A DNA stretch of 63,187 nucleotides, filler included, from Salisapilia sapeloensis CBS 127946 (lineage: Eukaryota; Protista; Oomycota): NCBI GenBank assembly GCA_023334545.1. It is 17 parts of 17 records of this genome, joined end to end, with 100 filler letters (N's around TTAATTAATTAA, not from the genome) between each part and the next. Parts side by side here need not be neighbours in the genome. Positions count along the whole stretch, not along the records: positions 1 to 20,189 come from JAADVB010000301.1; positions 20,290 to 31,969 come from JAADVB010000427.1; 15 more parts are not named here. The stretch is one strand, 5' to 3'. The notes under the pieces were generated by a model. It made no database searches and was not told the origin of the DNA. It saw only the letters and a program-made list of their open reading frames with translations. The position numbers and the translations under genes are program-made. Positions 11,894 through 21,807 of this stretch are shown piece by piece (position 1 is the first letter of the stretch; every line of letters starts with the position of its first letter).

Positions 11894-14476
11894 ATGTCTT
11901 CTTCCTGGCAAGGCTGGGGATCCCGCTTTAACGTCTCCTCTTTTGTGTCCCAAGGTCTTGAACAAGTGAATAAGATTAAGGAAGATGTCGAAAAGCAATT
12001 TGATGAAGCAGTTGCTGGAAAAGTGGATGTCACGCAACAATCAAATGGACTTGATCGTGCTTCGAGCGATACACAAGCACCATTGAGTGTTGATAGTAAC
12101 GTAGCAAAGGATAGGCCGATAGAGACAATGGACGATCTGCATGTCATGACTGTATCGCCTTCGGCCAAGGCAATGGAGCCAGCGACAGCTCAGCCTCCTT
12201 TATCGGAGAATGTCCAGAGGAGGGAGACGCTACAAGCTCTTATGGCTGAAGTCTTTCGTGAAGCTCAGTCGGAGGAGGCAGTCGAACACGAACCTATCAA
12301 GACATCGGTAGCTGCAGAGGAAGAAGAAAAGGAAGAACCATCTACGACTCCAAAGGGCTCGTCAGATCCGGATGATGAGGAAGAATCCACTAGCGAAAAA
12401 GCAGAAGTGGAAGATGAAAGTGATGAGAAGTTTACAGTCGTGCAGGAAGAGAGTAGTAATGATAACAGTAACCTGGAGGATTCCACCGAAGCTCCGGAAG
12501 AGCATTTACATTACAATAGCGAAGCGAGTAGTAGTGATCATGAAGATGATCCGCCTGTAGATGACGATACAGGTCAGGTAGAAGACGAGTCTACCATCCA
12601 AGAAGACACAACCATTGTCACCTCCCATCCTCTCCAGCAAGACGATAGTGATGATCAAGCTTCTTCGCTCCAACACCAGCTCCAGCAGCGTGAAAACCAA
12701 TTAATCTCCATGTCATCCACCATCCAAGGTCTTCACGATGAGCTAGAACAGGCAAGTCAACGAGAATCTGCAGCCGTAGCTACTTCCCGCAGTCTCTCAG
12801 ACCAGCTAAAGTCATTAGAAGCAAAACTTTCGCAACGAGCTCAACAACAATCGACCCAACGCTCGAACGACATGTCTGCACTTCAGTCTGCTTTAGCTGA
12901 GAAAGAAGAGAAGCTTAAGGCTCTTTTAGACGAAGGTCAGGCACTGTCGATCAAACAATCGCAGCTAGAACAACGTGCTCGACAGCTTCGAAAGGAGAAA
13001 AGTGAGGAAGAAGAGAGACGTAAACGTGCTGAATCAAGCCTCGAACAGACATCAATGAAGCTTCAAGATATTACAAATAAGTTCAAAGCTACGGAACAAC
13101 AGAATGGACAGTATCTCCAGCGCCTTCGGAGTATGGAACAGAGTCGAGATGAACTGATGAAACGCGTCGCAACGTCTGAGAAGACGCTCGAGGAAAGAGG
13201 TACAGAAGTAGACAAGTTACGTGCGACGAATGCGAATTTATCTGCAACCAAGAGAGAGTTGGAGAAGGAATTGGAGACATTAAAGACAGCTTCGCAGTCG
13301 AATGCACAGCTGAATGCTCAGACACGAGAGCTACAGGATACGATCGATGCACTCAGTCAGAACGTACGTGACTTGGAAGAAGAGTCAAGTCGAAGAGAAG
13401 AGCAGCATCGTCGACAGGTGCAGGATTTGAAAAAGAAATGGCAAGATGCTCTTGCACGTGTTGATTCGATGGGTACGAGCATTTCAGACGCGACACAACC
13501 ATTGCTAAAGCAGATTCATACGTTCAAGGAAGAGTCTCGACAACGAGACAAGGAATGGCAAGAGAAGGAGCAAGAGTGGAGGAGTCGAGTGGATGCAGAG
13601 ACAGCAAAGGTGCATTCCATCGAGACGGAGCTTCAGGAACAGAAAGACCAGATGACAGCATGGGGGGAACAAGTCTCAGCACTTGAGAATCAAGTCGCAT
13701 CCACCTCACAAGAACTTTCGGATGCGTTAGAAGCAGTGGAGACAGCTAAGAAACTTGAACGAGATGCACGTGGACAAACGAGTGCTCTACAAGTCGACCT
13801 CGAAGGTCTCTATTCTCGTCTCGAGGAAGAGAAGAACGCTAGGATTGCAGCTGAAAAGCGACTAGAAGAGCAGACGGAATCCACTCGCAAGACATCATCG
13901 AGTGAATCGCTCTTAGAAGAAGCCAAATCGACGGAATCGGATCTTCGGAAGCAGCTCGAGTGGTACAAACGCGAGGTCAGTCGCTTGCAGTCAGCTGCAT
14001 CCACACCTCTAGATGCTTCAGGTGACGAATCGACACTTCCAAAGGTGCCGAGCTTTTCCAGGCGAGATGATCCGGCAGCACAAGCATCTATCTTGCAGCA
14101 AACGATGGATGAAGAGCCTTCCGAGTCCAGAGCTACGTCTGTGCTTGGACTCAGCCAGCTACAGCAGCGCGTTCGGCTGCGTGAAGGCGAAAGTCGGATG
14201 CTACGACAACAGCTCGCGTCTCTAGAAGCTCGACAGAAGCAGTCGGCAGAGGAGATCGTCCGATTGAGTACTCGTAACGCGTTGCTCGAGACGAACGAAA
14301 AGACGTTTGAGCAGACCAAGGCAGAGCTCGAAGAGCTCAAGCAGAAGCAGCAAGTCTTGTTGGAACTACTTGGCGAGAAGGAAGAACAGGTCGAGGAACT
14401 CCAAGAAGAAGTGAGTGAACTAAAAACTTTCTATCGGAAGCAATTAGATATGCTCGCATCTTCAGATCAAGCATGA
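11894..14476 (+). CDS. TMF1: TATA element modulatory factor / golgin (coiled coil)
   Basis: Long coiled-coil ORF with EKEEKLKALLDEGQALSIKQ and C-terminal LRLREGE...LLELLGEKEEQVEELQEEVSELKTFYRKQL, both typical of TMF1. ATG chosen at 11894. Confidence 0.85.
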   Translation: MSSSWQGWGSRFNVSSFVSQGLEQVNKIKEDVEKQFDEAVAGKVDVTQQSNGLDRASSDTQAPLSVDSNVAKDRPIETMDDLHVMTVSPSAKAMEPATAQPPLSENVQRRETLQALMAEVFREAQSEEAVEHEPIKTSVAAEEEEKEEPSTTPKGSSDPDDEEESTSEKAEVEDESDEKFTVVQEESSNDNSNLEDSTEAPEEHLHYNSEASSSDHEDDPPVDDDTGQVEDESTIQEDTTIVTSHPLQQDDSDDQASSLQHQLQQRENQLISMSSTIQGLHDELEQASQRESAAVATSRSLSDQLKSLEAKLSQRAQQQSTQRSNDMSALQSALAEKEEKLKALLDEGQALSIKQSQLEQRARQLRKEKSEEEERRKRAESSLEQTSMKLQDITNKFKATEQQNGQYLQRLRSMEQSRDELMKRVATSEKTLEERGTEVDKLRATNANLSATKRELEKELETLKTASQSNAQLNAQTRELQDTIDALSQNVRDLEEESSRREEQHRRQVQDLKKKWQDALARVDSMGTSISDATQPLLKQIHTFKEESRQRDKEWQEKEQEWRSRVDAETAKVHSIETELQEQKDQMTAWGEQVSALENQVASTSQELSDALEAVETAKKLERDARGQTSALQVDLEGLYSRLEEEKNARIAAEKRLEEQTESTRKTSSSESLLEEAKSTESDLRKQLEWYKREVSRLQSAASTPLDASGDESTLPKVPSFSRRDDPAAQASILQQTMDEEPSESRATSVLGLSQLQQRVRLREGESRMLRQQLASLEARQKQSAEEIVRLSTRNALLETNEKTFEQTKAELEELKQKQQVLLELLGEKEEQVEELQEEVSELKTFYRKQLDMLASSDQA

Positions 14477-14556
14477 ACGTATATAAGAATCGAATTGATT
14501 TTCAAAAGCGTCATTTACTGTTGTATCAAAAGCTATTACAAAATATCTAGGAGATA

Positions 14557-15591
14557 TTACATGGCAACGTCAAACTTCTTACGTCCGTCCGCATAGTTTA
14601 AACCAAAGTACGGCTCAAACCCGAACGACTTGTGCGGTTGATCGAACATTTGGAAAAAGTAAGCACGGTCGTCTGCGAGGTGTTGAACTTGCCACGCACG
14701 GAATTGATCAAAGTACGCCTTAGCACTGTCCGGACTACCGTAGTTCCCTCCGAGCGAACCACCAGAAGGCCAACCGGTTTCCGTGATCGCAATCTTCTCA
14801 CCGACACCAGGGAAGATGGCGTTCACTTCGTCACTGTGGAGCTCTTTCCATTGCGCTTCGACTAACCACATGGCGTTCTCGCCTCGAGTCGAAGGCGTAA
14901 AGCACGTGTGGAGATTAACGCCAGCAACGTCACATGCAGCAATGAGTTCCTGGAAACCTCTGATGTTGCCTTGACGAGACTTGTCAAGGTACTCGGTGTT
15001 GCGTTGGACTGTTCCGATTTCAGTCTCTGGACATTCGTTTTGGAGCCACCAAACGTAATCGATCATCTCGCGAGGCACCTATAGACATATGTTAGTGATA
15101 GTCTTTAGAGGATATGGTCGTAGTGCTTACCTCGTCGACATTGGCCAAGTTCTCATTGCCCACCATGATCTATAAAGAGGATATGTCAGTATTATAATAA
15201 ATATAGAGATATGGTAACCTAGACGTACTTGTTGGACTCTGGCTCCATTGTTGAGCTCCTTTGCATAGTGGACAGCATCGATAGCAGCATAGATATGGGG
15301 CTTGCTAGCCTCTGGATTCGCGTTATCGTACGGAATGGTCATGCACACATTCATCCCTTTAGCTAGTGCTTGACGAGGGAGGTTGATAGGTCCAGCTTCG
15401 ACGTAATACGTTCGCACAGCGTCGAAGCCTTCTGCCTTGATTCGGGACATATCAGCATCCACCGTCTCGGGGGTCACGTAGTCAACGTGTTCGGGATCGT
15501 AGCAGACACCGAGTGCCGATGTCGTGTGCAAGGAGGTGCATGCAATAGCTGCAGCAATTGCCAAGGCAGAGCGGAGGATGGAGAAGTTCAT
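14557..15591 (-). CDS. Secreted glycoside hydrolase family 17 (beta-1,3-glucanase/transglucosylase)
   Basis: Signal peptide. Exons 15591-15229, 15169-15131, 15078-14557. Acid/base motif IMVGNE and nucleophile motif ITETGWPSGG; YFFQMFDQ...EPYFGL. Confidence 0.9.
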
Positions 15592-16465
15592 CTCGAGTCT
15601 TGAGACGTTAGCGGCGAATGCGAAAGTGAACCAGGATCGATCAAAGTCAAGTACGTTGTAATGGTGGCTGGATTACCATCGACTCTCCATTCCGCATGTC
15701 CGTCACAGAAGTGTCCGGTGGAAACTATGTTAATAGCGCAGAGTAACTGCCCCTCAAGCAGGCGGAGAAAAGCTCTGGATCAACATAGGAGATGCGATAT
15801 GAATGTTAACTGTCACTGGCGCGTCTGCTGTCTGTTCGAAGGGACGGGAAGAAGATGAGACGGAAAGTATGCATCCCTTGGGTGCCAGACGCACTATGTG
15901 ACAGGTTCTGTCGACTAGATAAATAGATCGGTATTTAGATCAGCAGCCAGACCATATTGTAGCCAGTGTCAATTGAAAACAATCGGCGACAGAGGTGAAG
16001 CTGACATCTAGATTCCCATCCAACTCCGAGCTCATTCATCCTGGTAGATCAGAATGGTCCTATCTCCAGCGATTACAGCAATTAATTTATCCATTGGTTT
16101 TTTTATCTACCTCGACTATTCGTACATTAATCGAAGCTTTGATGCGACCAGTATGGAGGAAATGCTGGTTCATATCTAGCACTAAAATCCGTATACTCAT
16201 CGGCTGGAAATTTGACATATCCTTACTCTAATCCTTCCTTTGGCAAGTATATTGATTCTCACTTCTAACTCGACTTTCCTAGGGTTTTCATCGTTTCATC
16301 TTTGGATCGCTTGGCAGCAAACTTTCGTAGGCAGTTTCGAAAGCAAAACGCTTTCCATGAACAGGCAAGAGGTTCGAATCGAAGCGTAAGAAGGAGATCA
16401 TTCCGACACTTTGGCCCAGCATCCTAACTTTTATTACAGTTCGCCTCTAGCCTCTTGGACCATCC

Positions 16466-17130
16466 TTACATCTCATCCTCTTCTAAAAGCATGTTGGGCA
16501 CGGCATGCTGAATCGGGTAGCTTCGAGCACAGTTATTGCAGATCAATTCACCTTCGACGATATTTGTCTATAGACGACAGTTAACTTTTGAATTCTTGTA
16601 CTTGAGGATATAAAAACGTTTCGTGCGTACGTCAAAGATGACTTTATGAATGAGCTGGAGAAGCTCGTCAGCATTTTCATAGTCTTCTGGTAATTGTTCA
16701 GGCAATACTGGAACATCAGGATGGTTGAGCTATTCCATTCGAAACCCAAGCTAAGGCTATGCCGTCATCATACAAGTACATGAGAAGAATATACCTCCTT
16801 AGTGGTTTGCACGAGCGCACTGTAGTCAATCGACTTGAGAATATGGAGCATAAAGGGTTTGCTATAAAGCGTCTCGGCAACGACGACACCATCCATAGAC
16901 GGCTGGATCTATAGCACCACGAAATAATTAGCTATTCATTCCAAACGCTTCAAACTCCTTTTGGCATACTCGCAATGGGAAGTTGCGTGGACGCTCACTA
17001 ATGTCTTGAGTAGCCGTCTCTACGCATGCCTTTCACAAAAAATATCAGTCCACATAAACAACATTCTCCACATGCGATTGCACTCTACCTTGACATTGCA
17101 GACCATCATATTGTGCGTTAAAAGCCTCAT
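16466..17130 (-). CDS. TRM112: Multifunctional methyltransferase activator subunit TRM112
   Basis: Absent from the ORF track. Exons 17130-17089, 17029-16970, 16908-16795, 16729-16631, 16567-16466 (all GT-AG, phase 0) give 138 aa: MRLLTHNMMVCNVK...NFPLR...LLQLIHKVIFDTNIVEGELICNNCARSYPIQHAVPNMLLEEDEM. Confidence 0.93.
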
Positions 17131-17202
17131 ACTCGTCTTCTATGGCACGTCGCTCTGATCTCTTGACCACGCACTCGATTTTGAATGGCTACACTAGGTC
17201 GT

Positions 17203-17272
17203 ATTGGCTAAAAGTCGAAATTAATCCCAGCCATTGGCTGAAAAGACCCAACTTCAAATACGTCAGCATTGG
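17203..17272. promoter_or_regulatory. Three CCAAT boxes (ATTGG on +) in the TRM112/NUG1 bidirectional promoter
   Basis: ATTGG at 17203, 17233 and 17268 (spacing 30 and 35 nt) within the 194-nt gap between divergent ATGs. Confidence 0.55.
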
Positions 17273-17324
17273 TTGGAAGCGCTTCCACCGACACTAAGCA
17301 CTCCGACTTCCGTCGTCTAGCACC

Positions 17325-18785
17325 ATGGTCAAGAAGAAGTATCAAAGTAAGCGATTGACTGTGCACAAGAAGCACAAGATTGCCAAGAAAGTCAAGGAGC
17401 ATAATCGGAAAGAACGCAAGAAGGAACGTCTTGGACACTCGAAAAAACAAAAGGACCCAGGCATTCCCAATAGCTGGCCTTTCAAGGAAGAGCTTCTAGT
17501 CCAAGCAGAGCAAGCTCGTTTGGCAGAGAAAGCCAGTCAAGAAGAAGCAAAGGAACTGCGGAAGAAGGAGAAGAAGGAACGTAAATTGAAAGAACGAGAG
17601 CAGCTCCAGGCCGATGCGTCCGGTGGAGATATCGCTCTGACGCCGCAATACGTCTTCCTCCAAGCACGTAAAGAGCTCAAGGTTAGTGTACAGAAAGCAG
17701 ACATCGTCTTCATCGTTCTCGATGCAAGAGACCCTCAAGGCTCTCGCTCGTTATCGCTTGAAGACGGTTTGATTGGCAAAGCAAACAAAAAGGTCGTTCT
17801 ATTGCTCAACAAGATCGACTTGGTGCCGTCGGACGTCGCTCAAAAGTGGCTCTCGTATCTTCGTCGCTTCCACCCGACGATCCCTGTGCGTGCTCTGAAT
17901 CACAGCCCGGTCGACTTGTCCGGCAAGAAGAAGCCGAACAAGCAAGCCAAGTACCAAGCAGCTCTCCAAGAGCGATCACAGCAGCTCAAGGATCTACGCG
18001 ACAATGGTGATCTACGTGCTCTCCGCCACTTTCTCGATGACCTGACGAAAGCACAGGACGGTAAACAGATCCACGCTGTATTCGTCGGCTATCCTAACGT
18101 CGGGAAAAGCACGCTCCTTAACTCGCTCAAGAAGCGGAATGTCTCGGAAGCATCGTCTGCGCCGCACACGACAAAGAGAATTGTCGAAGTGCACTACAAT
18201 CAGACTATCACGTTGCTCGATGCGCCTTCTCTAGATGCCTCTTTGAGCGACGAGTCTGCGGTCATCACTCGCCACGGCATCGCTAACGTCTTCTTAGATG
18301 ACCCTGTTCCAGCCGTGCAAGCGCTACTAGAACGTTGCGATGGTAGCAACCTCATGCATACGTTGCAACTACCTCTATTCCGTAGTCATGAAGAGTTCCT
18401 ATCGAAACTAGCCATTCGTCGTGGCCTTAAGAGGAAAGGTGGTGATCCAGACCTCTTGGCTGCAGCTCGATTTTTCCTTCGAGCTCTTGGTAACGGAACG
18501 TTGGAGACGGCATGCAATCCACCTAGTAAATCCAAGGCTCGATTCGAGTTACCAGAGTGGTACACTGAGCTTCCGTTGGCTCAATTAACCGAATTTGAGT
18601 CCTTGCTCTTTGCTTCGAATGAAAAGAAGGAGCATGATCCGAAACGTACGATCGTGATTAACTACATCGCACCGAACCATGCTGTTGGTGACACGACTGA
18701 ATTTGACGCTGTCATGGGCCAACGACCAGAAGACGACGGCTTAACTTCAGAAGATGAAGAGCAGGATGAAGACATGGACGAATAA
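17325..18785 (+). CDS. NUG1: Nucleostemin/GNL3/Nug1 circularly permuted GTPase (60S biogenesis)
   Basis: N-terminal SKRLTVHKKHKIAKKVKEHNRK...KDPGIPNSWPFKEELL; DIVFIVLDARDPQGSR; G4 NKIDL placed before G1 GYPNVGKST; KGGDPD. Confidence 0.9.
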   Translation: MVKKKYQSKRLTVHKKHKIAKKVKEHNRKERKKERLGHSKKQKDPGIPNSWPFKEELLVQAEQARLAEKASQEEAKELRKKEKKERKLKEREQLQADASGGDIALTPQYVFLQARKELKVSVQKADIVFIVLDARDPQGSRSLSLEDGLIGKANKKVVLLLNKIDLVPSDVAQKWLSYLRRFHPTIPVRALNHSPVDLSGKKKPNKQAKYQAALQERSQQLKDLRDNGDLRALRHFLDDLTKAQDGKQIHAVFVGYPNVGKSTLLNSLKKRNVSEASSAPHTTKRIVEVHYNQTITLLDAPSLDASLSDESAVITRHGIANVFLDDPVPAVQALLERCDGSNLMHTLQLPLFRSHEEFLSKLAIRRGLKRKGGDPDLLAAARFFLRALGNGTLETACNPPSKSKARFELPEWYTELPLAQLTEFESLLFASNEKKEHDPKRTIVINYIAPNHAVGDTTEFDAVMGQRPEDDGLTSEDEEQDEDMDE

Positions 18786-19502
18786 GTCGAGATGTTGTAA
18801 TACATTGATTTCTTACACTCTTTCAAGCTACCAATTTACACTCCCATTGGTCATTAGATCATATACATGATCTAGAAGTCGATGGCACCGCACCGATACA
18901 TCTACTCGACAGCTAAACTCTTTTGTTGAAGATCTCAATAGGAATGAACTAAACTGCTTCATTTTGTATGCCAAGATAAACTTCTAAGGGTACAAAGCGT
19001 CAAGCCTATGACTTTCGGTCATGCAAGGAGTAGAATCTTACTGTTCTTTAGCCTTGTAATTGGAATGCCGAGACTTTAATATAGCGTCTGTAGCTGGCAC
19101 CTGCCGCAAGGAATTAAATGAAGTCTTTGATCCATACATCCCACGGCTATTTGCACAGCCAAATGTAGCAATGGATTTGACACCAGAACTATACTTGCCA
19201 TATTCAGTCGTGAAGTAGTCACAGTGATGCAAGGTCAAATGCCATTATAGCCGGTCAAATAAAGCTCTCACAGGTATAACCGTACTGATGGAGATGTTCA
19301 TAGTAAATAGCTTTTATGTATTACACTCACAACGTAATGAAATGAAAGTGGACGTGATATGAATATGTGAAGTGGAATAAACAAGTATATTAACTTCGTC
19401 TTATCGACACTTCTGTCAACGTAAACAACTTGAGACGATGATGTCAACGTAAGCAAATTTGAATTCAAAAGATGCTCTTTTGTGTATCATTTCGCGATTT
19501 GT

Positions 19503-20189
19503 ATGATGGAAGTGAAGGATATTGGACCGTATATGCTCAAAAAGGAGCGTCAGACCGGTGACGTGAACGTCTCGGAGCTCACAAACCTGCTGCAGGGTGG
19601 GGAGAAACGGAATGCTCGTCGAAAGGAGTTCCTGAGCATGCTGAAGAAGCACCCAGTACTCTCGGATCGAGACATGATGTTCCGAAACCACACGGAGCGA
19701 TACAATACTGGTCTGAAGAAATCCTACCACTATGTCAAGCTGCTGAGCGATGAGAATATCACCGACAAGGATGATAAGCAATTGCTCTACAGCCTCATCG
19801 GTGAGCCCCTACCCATCGATGTCCATCGAGCGATGTTCACGCCGACGCTCGAGAACCAAGCCGACGATGAGCAGCAGAAAAAGTGGCTGCCGCTCGCCTA
19901 CAACTACAACATCCTCGGTGCATACGCCCAGACGGAGCTCGGTCATGGCTCCAACGTCCAAGGTATCGAGACCACGGCGACCTACGACAAGAAGACGCAA
20001 GAGTTTGAGATTAACTCGCCGACGCTCACAAGCCGCAAGTGGTGGCCAGGTGGACTCGGCAAAACGGACAACTACGCCATCGTCCATGCTCGTCTGTATA
20101 TCGACGGCAAGGACCATGGTGTCCAGGCTTTCCTCGTCCAACTGCGATCGTTGAAAGACCACCAGCCTCTTCCTGGCATCGAAGTCGGC
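19503..20189 (+). CDS. ACOX1: Peroxisomal acyl-CoA oxidase, 5' part (truncated by contig end)
   Basis: VHRAMFTPTL, GAYAQTELGHGSNVQGIETTATYD, EFEINSPTLTSRKWWPGGLG, HGVQAFLVQLRSL. Confidence 0.93.
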
Positions 20190-20289
20190 NNNNNNNNNNN
20201 NNNNNNNNNNNNNNNNNNNNNNNNNNNNNNNNNTTAATTAATTAANNNNNNNNNNNNNNNNNNNNNNNNNNNNNNNNNNNNNNNNNNNN
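20190..20289. other. Artificial contig spacer (44 N + TTAATTAATTAA + 44 N); first of 16
   Basis: Identical 100-nt spacers start at 20190, 31970, 33239, 34738, 37736, 39898, 41438, 43188, 46784, 48683, 50171, 51341, 57258, 59410, 60681 and 62047. The palindromic core places a stop in all six frames. Confidence 0.99.
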
Positions 20290-21070
20290 CGGAGCCTTGA
20301 GGGAGCGCGCGGCCTTCCTCCTGGATGAACTCTATGGAAACTTCAGTGCCGTTCCGGAGACGACGATCATGGCGCTAAGTGCGGATGGGAAGGAGCCAAA
20401 GATAGGCTCCGTCCAGCGCTTTGTGGTGTCTCAGAGCTCTGCGGAAGACATGGGAACTCTCAAGTTTGCCATCCCAGAGGTGCACAAGATTGGCATCTTG
20501 GACCTCCGTCTGTTCAACACCGACCGTCATGCTGGCAACATTTTACTTTCCGAGGCGGATGGAGCGAGCAAGGAGAACCAGCTTTTCCAGATGACGCCAA
20601 TCGACCATGGCTTTTGCCTTCCGTCGTACAAGAACCTGGATGGTGCCACTTTTGACTGGTTGAATTGGTCGCAAGCGCAATTCCCTTTCACCAGTGAAGA
20701 GTTGGACCACATTGCTTCCATCGACCCCAGTCGCGACGCAGTCGTCCTCCGTTCGCTCGGCATTGAAGAAGAATGCGTCACGACCATGCGCATCAGTACT
20801 CGTTTCCTCCAGATCGGAGCTGAAGCAGGCTTCTCGCTTGGTGCCATTGGCGCTTGTGTGCAGCGTGAAGGTGACTTTTCAAAACCATCTTTGCTGGAAG
20901 AGATGGTTGAAATGGCGATGGAAGACGTGAAAATGGACGGGTTATCTGACCAGGACGGCGTGGCTTTCCACGACGCGCTTGTGTCGAAGATGGAGAGTGC
21001 TGCGAGGGAATATTTTGACACGAAACCGATGAAAAGGGCGCGCAGCATCAGCTGCTTTACGTACAGATAA
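20290..21070 (+). CDS. Type II phosphatidylinositol 4-kinase (PI4K-gamma-like), 3' part
   Basis: RERAAFLLD, KIGSVQRFV, EVHKIGILDLRLFNTDRHAGNIL, IDHGFCLP, FDWLNW. The 5' end is cut by the contig start. Confidence 0.9.
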
Positions 21071-21807
21071 GCATGGAGCGTGATCTGTAGCTCGAAGCAT
21101 ACTGCCGGCGTAGCGAAAAAACCGTTTTCTTTATTAAAGATGACGCAAGTCATCTGTGTAGTAGTAGATAATTGAATCTCGAATAAGAACGAGTCTGAAA
21201 ACTATGCCTGTCTTGCCCGTCGTTGCACGTGGTAAAGTACCTGTGTCGAACGCTTATTGTTCCCAAATGCTGACCCGACGCCCACGTGCGTCTGGAAGTG
21301 AAGTTAGGAGCGAGACTTGCTGGATGTTTCCTACTAGCTAGAACGCTGTCGTCAGCTCGATGTACCTAGCATAAGAGAGGGCTCACTTCATGCGTCAACT
21401 CTGATTTCCTCTCTAGACCGTCCGTCTGACGTGCAGAACTATAATATCGAATAAGTATGGTCGGGAAGAGCCGTGACGAGGAAAAAAAATGGAAGGTAGG
21501 ACAGGTGCTTTCCACTTATCAAAATCTTCCACGAGCGATCGGAACGCCTCGTTACGCGGACGTCATAAAGGAAAGGCGCTCGCGTGAACTACGAGCTGCG
21601 AGTCCATTCGTGTGCAAAATTACGAACTGCGTCACCGATTACTTGTAGATAGATCTTACCAACGCTACCATCTCCCGGCACTTTATTGATTTCTAGCGCC
21701 GGCGTACTCGGATTGGCGCCTCCCGCTTCATCCTAGCGTTATCAGAGCGTCTTGTAGTGACAGGAATACCATTGCGTTTTGTACTGGCGCCTCCTTTGGG
21801 TACAATC

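Noticed and set aside
20190-20289. TTAATTAATTAA palindrome repeated 16 times at irregular intervals, superficially CRISPR-like or att-like
   Set aside because: Always centred in exactly 44+44 N. It is an artificial six-frame-stop joiner; ORFs ending XXXXLIN are artefacts.
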